The translations under genes were made by a program, and so were the position numbers. 64,000 nt of DNA from a virus (Duplodnaviria > Caudoviricetes): IMG/VR virus record IMGVR_UViG_3300025073_000989; one strand, written 5' to 3'. Below, in pieces: positions 1 to 7,966 of this stretch (positions are counted from its first letter, which is position 1; the number at the start of each line of letters is the position of its first letter). The notes beneath the pieces are model-generated. The model was not told the DNA's origin. It saw only the letters and a program-made list of their open reading frames with translations, and made no database searches.

Positions 1-107
1 TGGAAAAATCGCCGCCGACGAAAGATACAACGCGCTACGACCTTCTGGCTAAGAGATACCAACCAGGTCGGCGGGCCGTAGCACATCCCTGTGCTACTTC
101 AATGCTG
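1..107 (-). mobile_element. Left end of an insertion element (IS607/IS605-like, runs off the window); 45-107 is identical to 30294-30356
   Basis: 63-bp exact repeat, GC-rich, with hairpins GTAGCACA-GGGA-TGTGCTAC and CGAC-CTGGTT...AGCCAG-AAG-GTCG; interrupts an AT-rich ORF after ...GATGCCAGC. Confidence 0.7.
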
Positions 108-256
108 GCATCTACACTAAGCCTTGATAAATATTTTTCTTTTAATTTCTTTATTTCTTTGGTTATAGTAAGACTAAAATATCTATTACTAATTTCTTTG
201 TCGCTTAATATTTCTTTATAATTGATATAATCAAAAAATTCCGTGACTCTTCCCAT
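108..256 (-). pseudogene. N-terminal part of a hypothetical gene interrupted by the insertion
   Basis: ORF 35..256 switches from AT-rich phage-like codons (MGRVTEFF...SVDA) to element-derived sequence (SIEVAQGCATARR) that is also seen at 30.3 kb. Confidence 0.6.
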
Positions 257-395
257 AAATTGCCTCTAAGTAATCCTTTATGATATCGTTTACATATTCA
301 TTTATAGTTAAATCTCTTTCTGAAGCCTCAGATATTAAAATGTTAAATAAATCTTCATCTAGTTCCAATTCAATCTCCTCATACTCTTCAGACAT
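231..395 (-). CDS. Small acidic hypothetical protein (54 aa, MSEEYEEIELELDEDLF...)
   Basis: Manually read ORF filling the gap between rnhB and the next gene; RBS-like GGAG upstream. Confidence 0.6.
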   Translation of the reverse strand: MSEEYEEIELELDEDLFNILISEASERDLTINEYVNDIIKDYLEAIYGKSHGIF

Positions 396-397
396 AT

Positions 398-1015
398 CTA
401 TACTCCTTTGTTGTCTACTTTATTAAAACTCAATCTATGATGTTCGCATGGACCGTATAAGTTTAGTGCCTCTAGGTGCTTTTTTGTAAGATAGCCCTTA
501 TTTTCATCCCAACAGTACAACGGAAACTGGTTGTGTAATTTCCTCATTATATTATCTCTAGTAACTTTTGCTACTATACTAGCTGCTGCTATAGAAAGAG
601 ATAAAGAATCGCCTTTAACCACTGCATGGTGTGGTATATCTAACTCCTTTATAGTAAAATTACCATCTATTATAACATAGTCAACTTTATTTATTTCAGA
701 TATAGCTAGTCTCATGGCTAATTTTGTAGCCTCAAGTATATTTATCTCATCTATTATACGATTATCTATACTTCCTATGCCACAATCGCAGGTCTGTATT
801 ATTAGTCTACAAAGCCCTTCTCTTTTTTTTGCTGAAAGTTTCTTAGAATCTTTCACTTTATTCTCTAATAAATTAACAGAAAACTGTGGTATTCTAACAA
901 CAGCAGACACCACTGGACCAGAACCACATCCGCGACCTACCTCATCAGCTCCTGCAATATTAGTATAACCAAGGGCAATTATTTCTTTTTCTATGCTATA
1001 TGTTGGGTATTGCAT
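398..1015 (-). CDS. rnhB: Ribonuclease HII
   Basis: AGADEVGRG..GPVV, DSKKLS, IIDG, KGDS.S.SIAAASIVAKVTRD, KGY.T..H motifs. Confidence 0.95.
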   Translation of the reverse strand: MQYPTYSIEKEIIALGYTNIAGADEVGRGCGSGPVVSAVVRIPQFSVNLLENKVKDSKKLSAKKREGLCRLIIQTCDCGIGSIDNRIIDEINILEATKLAMRLAISEINKVDYVIIDGNFTIKELDIPHHAVVKGDSLSLSIAAASIVAKVTRDNIMRKLHNQFPLYCWDENKGYLTKKHLEALNLYGPCEHHRLSFNKVDNKGV

Positions 1016-1022
1016 CGAAACC

Positions 1023-1355
1023 TCAAATAAAAATCTTATATGATAAATATTGTAGTTTATACCATACCGATAAAAATCTACTTATAAACAAAACTATATA
1101 TCCTCTATACAATAAAGTCAAGTAAATTAATATAGAAGTCACAATAAAACAGGTTAAGTTAGTAATAAACACCGGCATATCACTTTCAATAAAACCATAA
1201 TAAGTAAACCAAAATTGCCCATGAAACAATATTAACCACATAGTCAAACTCACATCCTGACTTGATTTTCTTGACATTAACCTAAGTATTTGAGGTATTC
1301 CCGAAGCAGCCATCGAGATCCCTATCAGGGATATTAATGTTTGCATACTAAACAT
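1023..1355 (-). CDS. PQ-loop / SemiSWEET-family membrane protein
   Basis: IPQILRL..RKSSQDVSL motif plus three hydrophobic helices, about 110 aa. Confidence 0.75.
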   Translation of the reverse strand: MFSMQTLISLIGISMAASGIPQILRLMSRKSSQDVSLTMWLILFHGQFWFTYYGFIESDMPVFITNLTCFIVTSILIYLTLLYRGYIVLFISRFLSVWYKLQYLSYKIFI

Positions 1356-1542
1356 ACCTTTTTTGTATTTGGTCCATTATCATATCTAAAATATCATCTA
1401 CTTTATTAAGTTCCCTATAAAAAACACTCTTATCAGAAAAGCCAGATAACAACTTAGCCTTTAGAGTAACAAGTTGATCTCGCATACTATTGCACATAGA
1501 ATAGCTTTCTCCTAACTCTTTAAGTCTTAATTCTTTATCCAT
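1348..1542 (-). CDS. Hypothetical protein (helical)
   Basis: ORF track; overlaps neighbours operon-style. Confidence 0.55.
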   Translation of the reverse strand: MDKELRLKELGESYSMCNSMRDQLVTLKAKLLSGFSDKSVFYRELNKVDDILDMIMDQIQKRYV

Positions 1543-2362
1543 TTTGTTTCTCCTCTAATCCATAGTAATCCAATATAATTCCCATAACTACATTTTCTAC
1601 TATATCATATTTTGGGTGGTCTGGTAATGGCGAATTTGTATTTGCATCTTCTAGCCCCGCGAAAAGTTTTTCCGCTTCCTTTTTCACCTGCTCTAAGGTC
1701 CAGAGACCATTCTTAACTTCGAGAAACTTCTGAGCATCTGGTCTGTAAACTACAAGCTCGCCAGTCTTTAGAAATTCTATACCTTGTGTTAGGAGCCTAA
1801 GACAATGGGACGCGTTTTTGCAATCGTAGTGAAACTTTTCTACAAGCTCTTTTCTTTTTTTGCCTTGGTAGCCAGCATAAACTTGTCCCTGTGTCATCTT
1901 CTTTACCTGAGAAACTGCGTAGCCACAGTAACTATTGTAGGCCAGTTTAGAAGAAAAAGCATCCCTATTTCTAATTAATCTTTTACTAAAAGGGGTTTGC
2001 ATCAAGTAATATTCTTCATTAAGCCATAACATACTAAGAACATTAGGATTAGATTTAAGAAGAAGATTAACAAACTTACGTAGTTCGTAGGATACAGTAT
2101 CAAACCTTCCTACAAACTTGTCTATTGATTTATCATACCTTCTTCCAGCCCCGAGGCCTACATAATACTTTAGTGGCGCTATATAGATGGACATAATATC
2201 TATATCATCTATAGATTCTGGCCTCAAATCAGCCATACCGTGTGCCACGCTTCCACGGTATCCTGACAGGATAGTATTATCTGGAAATACTTCTTCTGGT
2301 ATATCTTTTAATTCTAACATTTTTAATTCCTCAAGCATTAATTGTAACAACCTCATCTTCAT
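1535..2362 (-). CDS. Pol-beta superfamily nucleotidyltransferase (YcgL/RlaP-like); true start probably 2338 or later
   Basis: GS.AHG....S.DD.D, YELRKFV.LLLKSNPNVL.MLW, K.ASH..RLL..G motifs. Confidence 0.85.
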   Translation of the reverse strand: MKMRLLQLMLEELKMLELKDIPEEVFPDNTILSGYRGSVAHGMADLRPESIDDIDIMSIYIAPLKYYVGLGAGRRYDKSIDKFVGRFDTVSYELRKFVNLLLKSNPNVLSMLWLNEEYYLMQTPFSKRLIRNRDAFSSKLAYNSYCGYAVSQVKKMTQGQVYAGYQGKKRKELVEKFHYDCKNASHCLRLLTQGIEFLKTGELVVYRPDAQKFLEVKNGLWTLEQVKKEAEKLFAGLEDANTNSPLPDHPKYDIVENVVMGIILDYYGLEEKQNG

Positions 2363-2474
2363 CTAAATATTTATTACATTTGGGGCACCAATAACTATTT
2401 GCAAAGTATATATCATTATCACTAATATACATATCAGAATAAACTACTTCTGACCCACATTCCTTGCAGCTCAT
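2331..2474 (-). CDS. Small zinc-ribbon protein (47 aa)
   Basis: Manual ORF MSCKECGS...YWCPKCNK with two CxxC; GGAG RBS upstream. Confidence 0.65.
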   Translation of the reverse strand: MSCKECGSEVVYSDMYISDNDIYFANSYWCPKCNKYLDEDEVVTINA

Positions 2475-2518
2475 ACTTTAATCTCCAAAAAATAATTGTA
2501 TAAGACAGACAGTGCCTT

Positions 2519-2695
2519 TTAGTCTATATAATTACAAATTACTGTTTCGATTGTTTTACCATTATCATTTAATAAGTAAGCCTTGGTATCTAACATCACG
2601 ACAAACTCACTGTCGTCCTCCAACCTACAACTTACTACAGCAGTTCTAATACAGTTAGAGCATCCCATTATCATACCATCTGACGAGATTCCACC
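2519..2695 (-). pseudogene. Probable orphan C-terminal fragment of a phage hypothetical gene (...KAYLLNDNGKTIETV)
   Basis: Open frame that begins exactly where M16 similarity stops; no convincing own start or RBS. Confidence 0.45.
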
Positions 2696-2853
2696 TGCTC
2701 AAACTCATCTAATCTGTGGTCAAGATTTTTACAGAGTAAATGTTCCATTAGGTGGGATAACCCAAACAAGCCTTCTGTTTCATTGTTAGTACTACCCCCA
2801 CAAACCACATAAAAGCCTGAAAATTCTGTATTACTGTTTACGTTTATTAACAA
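2671..2853 (-). pseudogene. Truncated M16 (insulinase) metallopeptidase N-terminus
   Basis: GS.NE..G..GLSHLMEHL (HxxEH) motif, but the ORF ends about 17 codons later; TTG start with AGGAG RBS. Confidence 0.75.
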
Positions 2854-2866
2854 AAACCTTCTCCTT

Positions 2867-3430
2867 TTATAATATTTCACTTAGTTTTTTTATTCGTTTA
2901 ACACCTTTAATATTATAATCACGGTTCCATGGCCTGTCAATTAAAAAATTTTGAGTTTTTGGACTGTGCTTTAACATATCCTCAATATGAGGTGGGTTAT
3001 CATCGACAAAAATATCTAGGTTTAGATTTTTACCTATCAGACCTTTTGTTAAATTATGGTTTGTGTGTGTAATACTACTAATGAATAAATTATTATTATT
3101 TAACCAAACCTTAGTGCAGTCTTCTACCTCAGCCCGTCTAGCAGTTATTATATGTATATCGTGTGCGTAAACTTTTAGCTTATCTAATATAGATTTAATT
3201 CCATCGCACGGCGGAGCAGTCATTAAAAAATACTCATCATCTACTAATTCATACAAGTAATCAGCAATACTAATATTATGCTGAGCGTCTCCTGTATAAT
3301 TGCATTGATAAAAATCATAATTTGAAAAAACATCTAACTCTAACTTCAAATTATAGTCTTCCTCAATACTATTACATGCATGTAGCATTAAGTCACAACA
3401 AACCTCGTCTAAATCCAAACCTATCTGCAT
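2867..3430 (-). CDS. HAD-family 5'(3')-deoxyribonucleotidase
   Basis: IGLDLDEV, ITAR, FVDDNP, IDRPWN motifs. Confidence 0.85.
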   Translation of the reverse strand: MQIGLDLDEVCCDLMLHACNSIEEDYNLKLELDVFSNYDFYQCNYTGDAQHNISIADYLYELVDDEYFLMTAPPCDGIKSILDKLKVYAHDIHIITARRAEVEDCTKVWLNNNNLFISSITHTNHNLTKGLIGKNLNLDIFVDDNPPHIEDMLKHSPKTQNFLIDRPWNRDYNIKGVKRIKKLSEIL

Positions 3431-3713
3431 AGTAATCTATAACTCCATTTATTGTACATTTTTTTTGTTTTACTTTTAGAGACCACTCTCTAACGGCATC
3501 GTCTAAGTCTTCCGACTCTACTACTACCCCAAGTCCTTTTACCCTATAACCACCACCCCATGTCTCATAGTTGTGGTATGGTCTGGTATTAAATAACTAA
3601 AAGCCGGTAAAATATTCAATTGTTACATGAGCCCTGTCATCCATACCAGGAGATTTTATTTGTCTAATAATTTTATCAATTTCGTTAAGCTTATCAAAGG
3701 ACTTGTTACTCAT
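3393..3713 (-). pseudogene. Hypothetical gene with an in-frame TAG at 3597-3599
   Basis: ATG at 3713; the frame continues protein-like after the TAG (EYFTGF*LFNTRPYHNYETWGGGYRV). Confidence 0.55.
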
Positions 3714-3734
3714 ACCTATACCACCAATAATTAG

Positions 3735-4112
3735 TTATTCTTGAGATGCCGTGGACCTAAACCTAGATAATACATCCGGTTTCGTTAATTCCTCTTTCTG
3801 TAAATAAGACGGAGTTTCAGCTACACACTCTAATTCAGCTAATCTTTTTTTAAGTTCTGCTGCTTTAAAGTCTTTTATGGCTTTTTTTCTATTCCAATAC
3901 CAATCTGGCCTTAACGTTACTTCTGGTTTGATTGTAGCACCATGCTTTGTAACATCATCTATAAAGCTATCACAGCAACGAGACTTATTTAGTTTTAATT
4001 TGCATCTTTTTATACTACAAAAAGAGTCCTTCTCATTTAAACAAACAATACATTTAACTTTACGTGTTTCTTTCATCATTTCCTCCAGATAACAATTATC
4101 GTTATTTACCAA
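3735..4112 (-). CDS. Hypothetical Cys-rich protein
   Basis: ORF track; CxxC...C...CC. Confidence 0.6.
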   Translation of the reverse strand: MVNNDNCYLEEMMKETRKVKCIVCLNEKDSFCSIKRCKLKLNKSRCCDSFIDDVTKHGATIKPEVTLRPDWYWNRKKAIKDFKAAELKKRLAELECVAETPSYLQKEELTKPDVLSRFRSTASQE

Positions 4113-4288
4113 ATAATACTAACATTACTTTTATTTTTATTATTAGTATTACTGCTTAAAAAACCCATTACTTGGTCATACCCATCCCAACTATCAATAC
4201 CATAAGCTCTTAGTGTATTCAAAAGTTCCTGGTCTCTTATTAATTCTTCGTACTCTGTCTTTAAAATTGTTATTGTATCAACCCTCAT
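4106..4288 (-). CDS. Hypothetical protein
   Basis: ORF track; AAGGAG RBS; downstream of a promoter. Confidence 0.65.
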   Translation of the reverse strand: MRVDTITILKTEYEELIRDQELLNTLRAYGIDSWDGYDQVMGFLSSNTNNKNKSNVSIIW

Positions 4289-4335
4289 TAGTACTCCTTA
4301 AATTTTTTTATTAATAAATTACCCTGTACATACAT

Positions 4336-4364
4336 AATGTAATACTTGTCTGGTACTTTGTCAA
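4336..4364 (-). promoter_or_regulatory. Sigma70-type promoter
   Basis: TTGACA-N17-TACATT in the intergenic gap after nrdJ. Confidence 0.65.
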
Positions 4365-4374
4365 GCACTAGTGA

Positions 4375-6876
4375 TTAAGCACAACGAGAATAACCACAGT
4401 CTAAACACTTAGCGCAGCCTTCTGATAAAAACAAAATTCCGGTTTTACAATTAGGGCAGGGTTTATCCTTACCGTATTTATACTCTTTAACATAGGAGGA
4501 TAAAACTCTGGCTATAACGGTGCTGAAGGATGTTATATCTCCATTCCCCTTTTTCAATTGCTCTACAATAAACTCATTTGGTGCTCCATGACGAAGTGCG
4601 AGGGATAACAACCTTGTAATACTTCTTTGGTCACTGTCCATAAGTGTATGAGCTAAATCTTTATATTCAATGACTTGATTTCTAATCATTATCTCAAGAG
4701 AATATTTACCGCCCTCTCTCTTAATAATTTTACCAGACTTACAAGTCTTTGGAATATATAGCCCTTCTTCTGCCTCCCCGCAAAAAATTTCGTAGGGAAT
4801 ATCCTCCAAAAGACCTACCAAAACTAACCAAGGTTGTCCTTTAACTGAACAACGATGGATGTTACAAGGTAATTCTATTGGACGTTTTGGTGCGCACACA
4901 GGGGTAATAAATTTTGGACGATTTTCCTTACATAGTTGAGTTTTACCAACGCCCTCAAACTTTGCTTTGTTAGTAATAGGATCTTCAAAAATAAGGATGC
5001 CTTGTCTGGAACCATCTCTGTAAATAGACACCGCCCTTACATCATTTTTGTAAGCCTGTATATAAATATTCTCAACGTCCTCAATTGTAGCTGATGCTGG
5101 TAAATTAAATGTGCAAGAAATGGAGGCGTCCATCCATTTATAAACCGCTGACATAAGTCTAATTTTTTGCATAGGATTAATCTCATGGGCAGGTTTAAAA
5201 AATCCTGCTGGGATGTATCTATTTATTATTTCAATTAAAGCCTTACCAATTTTACCATCCTCATCCTGAATAGACCCTTGAAAACTACTCATAACCTCAT
5301 AGTCATTAGAGGTTTTATCAATTTTAGTTAGAATATACTTTTTAATTCTATCTGGAATTATAAAGTAGTAAGTATAATTACCCTTGTCAATTGCTCTAGT
5401 GCGCCTCCAATGCGTACCCATCGTAGGCTCGATACCAGAAGATATACATGGTATTGGAAATATACTCGATAAAGATCCAGCAGGGGCGATACTCATGTGA
5501 GCCATATTACGCATAGTTTTAATGACAGAAGTATCTCCCTTATAAAACTCGTTAACTATATTTCTAAAATAAGTTGTACCCATAAAAACATTTTTATCTT
5601 CTATTAAATCAAACGCAGGAGCACTGCCCTTCTCTAAACCCAAAGCTACGGAGGTCTTAAACACAATAGAAGCATATGTTTTCATAAAATTTTCTACGGC
5701 CTTCATAGCCTCGTCAGAATCATAGGCCACATCCTGCTTCAATAACCATCCATGGACGTTAGTTATACCCATACCAACCTCACGAAGTTGTTCTATAATC
5801 CAACGCTGTTGTGATAGCGGGCTTAAATTATTAGCTAACTCATACGCTATAACATTATCAGCCATTCTCACTATTGCTGGAACTATCTCGTTAAGTTGTT
5901 CTACATACTCTTTTGGCGCCATCGAAAAATTCTCCATATTTAAAGAAGAAAGGTTGCAAACTGAGTAGGGTGCCATAAATTTTTCACTGCATGCATTCGA
6001 CGAATGAGGCAAAAAACGGTCATCATTAAAATGGTCGGCTATGGCCTTATACATCACACTGTTCTGCAAAAGATTACGATATTGAATACCAGGCTCTGCT
6101 GTTTTCCAAGCCCTATCTGCTATTAATCTAAATAGTTTTTTTGCTTTTATAGTCTTCTTAATAACTTCACCAGAATCTCTAACCGTAAAACTCATTTCCC
6201 AATCGATATCTTTTTCTACTGCTTCCATAAAATCATTGGTAATTTGAACAGAAATATTAGCGTTATTAATCTTATCTAAATCATCTTTGCAGGTGATAAA
6301 CTCTTCGATATCTGGGTGACTAATAATTAAAGACTCAAGTAGTGCTGGCTTTCTACCTTGCTGTCCTACATAATCCCCAATTCGATTGAGTTTATCCATC
6401 CATGGAATTACACCGGTGGATTCTATAGCAGCATTACCTAACCGACTTCCTCTTGGGCGTAATTTTGAGAAATCTATACCTATACCTTGTCTATATGCCG
6501 CACACTTCATTACATCATACTCACATTGTGCGATAGCTTCAAGAGTATCATCACTTAAAGGGATAGTAGTGCAATTCATAGTAGAACTTTTTCTGCCCAA
6601 ACCTATACTGGATAGAATACTACCACCAGGACGAAACCAACCATCCCACATAAGAGTGAACCACACATCTGTGCATTTACTCTGTGAGTCTTGACTCAGT
6701 TCATATACAGATAAGCCCTTTGCTACTCTATAAAACACATCAGCGGGCGTTTCTTTACTACCATCTGCCTTAATCATAGCATATTTAGCATTGAAAATGT
6801 CTACAGCGTATTTATCTCCTGAGAAATATTCAGCCGCTGTTACTGATTTAACATCTTCAAAATTAATTATTTTCAT
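4375..6876 (-). CDS. nrdJ: Class II (B12-dependent) ribonucleotide reductase with C-terminal TSCPD-like domain and Zn ribbon
   Basis: NCT, G.GIDFS.LRP.G, NACSE, CNL.SLN, SIAPAG, SSGIEP, ISCTFN, YRDGSR motifs; no small subunit nearby. Confidence 0.92.
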   Translation of the reverse strand: MKIINFEDVKSVTAAEYFSGDKYAVDIFNAKYAMIKADGSKETPADVFYRVAKGLSVYELSQDSQSKCTDVWFTLMWDGWFRPGGSILSSIGLGRKSSTMNCTTIPLSDDTLEAIAQCEYDVMKCAAYRQGIGIDFSKLRPRGSRLGNAAIESTGVIPWMDKLNRIGDYVGQQGRKPALLESLIISHPDIEEFITCKDDLDKINNANISVQITNDFMEAVEKDIDWEMSFTVRDSGEVIKKTIKAKKLFRLIADRAWKTAEPGIQYRNLLQNSVMYKAIADHFNDDRFLPHSSNACSEKFMAPYSVCNLSSLNMENFSMAPKEYVEQLNEIVPAIVRMADNVIAYELANNLSPLSQQRWIIEQLREVGMGITNVHGWLLKQDVAYDSDEAMKAVENFMKTYASIVFKTSVALGLEKGSAPAFDLIEDKNVFMGTTYFRNIVNEFYKGDTSVIKTMRNMAHMSIAPAGSLSSIFPIPCISSGIEPTMGTHWRRTRAIDKGNYTYYFIIPDRIKKYILTKIDKTSNDYEVMSSFQGSIQDEDGKIGKALIEIINRYIPAGFFKPAHEINPMQKIRLMSAVYKWMDASISCTFNLPASATIEDVENIYIQAYKNDVRAVSIYRDGSRQGILIFEDPITNKAKFEGVGKTQLCKENRPKFITPVCAPKRPIELPCNIHRCSVKGQPWLVLVGLLEDIPYEIFCGEAEEGLYIPKTCKSGKIIKREGGKYSLEIMIRNQVIEYKDLAHTLMDSDQRSITRLLSLALRHGAPNEFIVEQLKKGNGDITSFSTVIARVLSSYVKEYKYGKDKPCPNCKTGILFLSEGCAKCLDCGYSRCA

Positions 6877-6967
6877 CTTTGGCCCCCTTCAAAAATTTCA
6901 TGGCGCGCTGAAAAGCATCCCAATCTTTAATGTTTAATATCGTATATTTAGCGAATGAATGTTCCAT
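6863..6967 (-). CDS. Small ORF (34 aa) translationally coupled upstream of nrdJ
   Basis: TGATG overlap with the upstream gene; fills the gap. Confidence 0.35.
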   Translation of the reverse strand: MEHSFAKYTILNIKDWDAFQRAMKFLKGAKDENN

Positions 6968-7548
6968 CAAACAATCACTTTACCAAAAATAAATTCTCTG
7001 TCGTTTTTGAAAAAATAAGGTTTCATTTTATAGAAAGAGTCGTTCCAATAATAAAACTCTTCCATATCCAATAAATGACTTATAAATTCTTTTTCAGCTT
7101 TTATACACCAAGTAAAAATGCAAGGGGTGGTAGTCAAAGAGTCTCCTAAGGTTATACCCCTTTCACATTCTTCACTATCTTCACGCATAAGTAGTTTGGC
7201 TATAAAAAAGTCATAATAAAGATCTTTAACAAAGCTATTCAATAACTCTCTATAGTGGTGGGCATTTGCATAAGATAGTTTTATATGTGAGTTAGTTATT
7301 TCTACTGCAAATCCAGATATAGCTCCTCTTACATACCACAATTTCTGAGCTAAGGTATTAAATGCTTCCTTTTTTACTACTCCATAACCAGAGGTAATAT
7401 CTGAAAAATCAAAAAAATTATTATAATCTTCAAAATCTTTACTACTCTTATACATATTACCATAAAAATTAGGATAAAGAAAACCTCCTAAATTAAAAGC
7501 TATTTCCTTCGTCATATCATTCATATAATTATCTCCCACTTGAACCAA
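6967..7548 (-). CDS. Hypothetical protein, possibly degenerate LAGLIDADG-fold
   Basis: IAFNLGGFLYPNFYG and WYVRGAISG loosely resemble the two LAGLIDADG helices. Confidence 0.45.
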   Translation of the reverse strand: MVQVGDNYMNDMTKEIAFNLGGFLYPNFYGNMYKSSKDFEDYNNFFDFSDITSGYGVVKKEAFNTLAQKLWYVRGAISGFAVEITNSHIKLSYANAHHYRELLNSFVKDLYYDFFIAKLLMREDSEECERGITLGDSLTTTPCIFTWCIKAEKEFISHLLDMEEFYYWNDSFYKMKPYFFKNDREFIFGKVIV

Positions 7549-7966
7549 ATCCGTTGGTTCCTCTAACTGTTTCTTCTAAATTAGTAGTCTCAATAAAGTG
7601 TGCTGTATAAACTGGACTAAACTTCATTTGTGCTACTCGTTCTCCTTTTTCAATACTAAGCTCTTCTTTCCCGAGGTTAATAAGGGCTACTTTTATATTG
7701 TTTCGATAATGATTGTCCACAGTGCCTGGCTGATTTATTACAATAAGTCCTCGCTTCCAAGCTTGGCCGCTACGTGACCTTATTTGAGCCTCAAAGCCCT
7801 CAGGCATAGCGATCTGTAAACCAGTGTCTGCCAGGTAACGTTCTCCTGGTTTAATCGTGAAGGACTCTACAGTGGCCAGATCACAGCAAGCATCTCCTGG
7901 GTAAGCGTAAGTTGGAACTACTGCGTCTTCATGCACCTTCTTTAAATAAACTCTGATGTCGTTCAT
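7529..7966 (-). CDS. dut: Trimeric dUTPase
   Basis: GDACCDL, RSRSG, PGTVD..YR, AQM, RG..GFGSSG (five motifs). Confidence 0.95.
   Translation of the reverse strand: MNDIRVYLKKVHEDAVVPTYAYPGDACCDLATVESFTIKPGERYLADTGLQIAMPEGFEAQIRSRSGQAWKRGLIVINQPGTVDNHYRNNIKVALINLGKEELSIEKGERVAQMKFSPVYTAHFIETTNLEETVRGTNGFGSSGR

Noticed and set aside
6877-6966. Cobalamin riboswitch upstream of nrdJ
   Set aside because: The gap is short, filled by a small coupled ORF, and lacks B12-box motifs.
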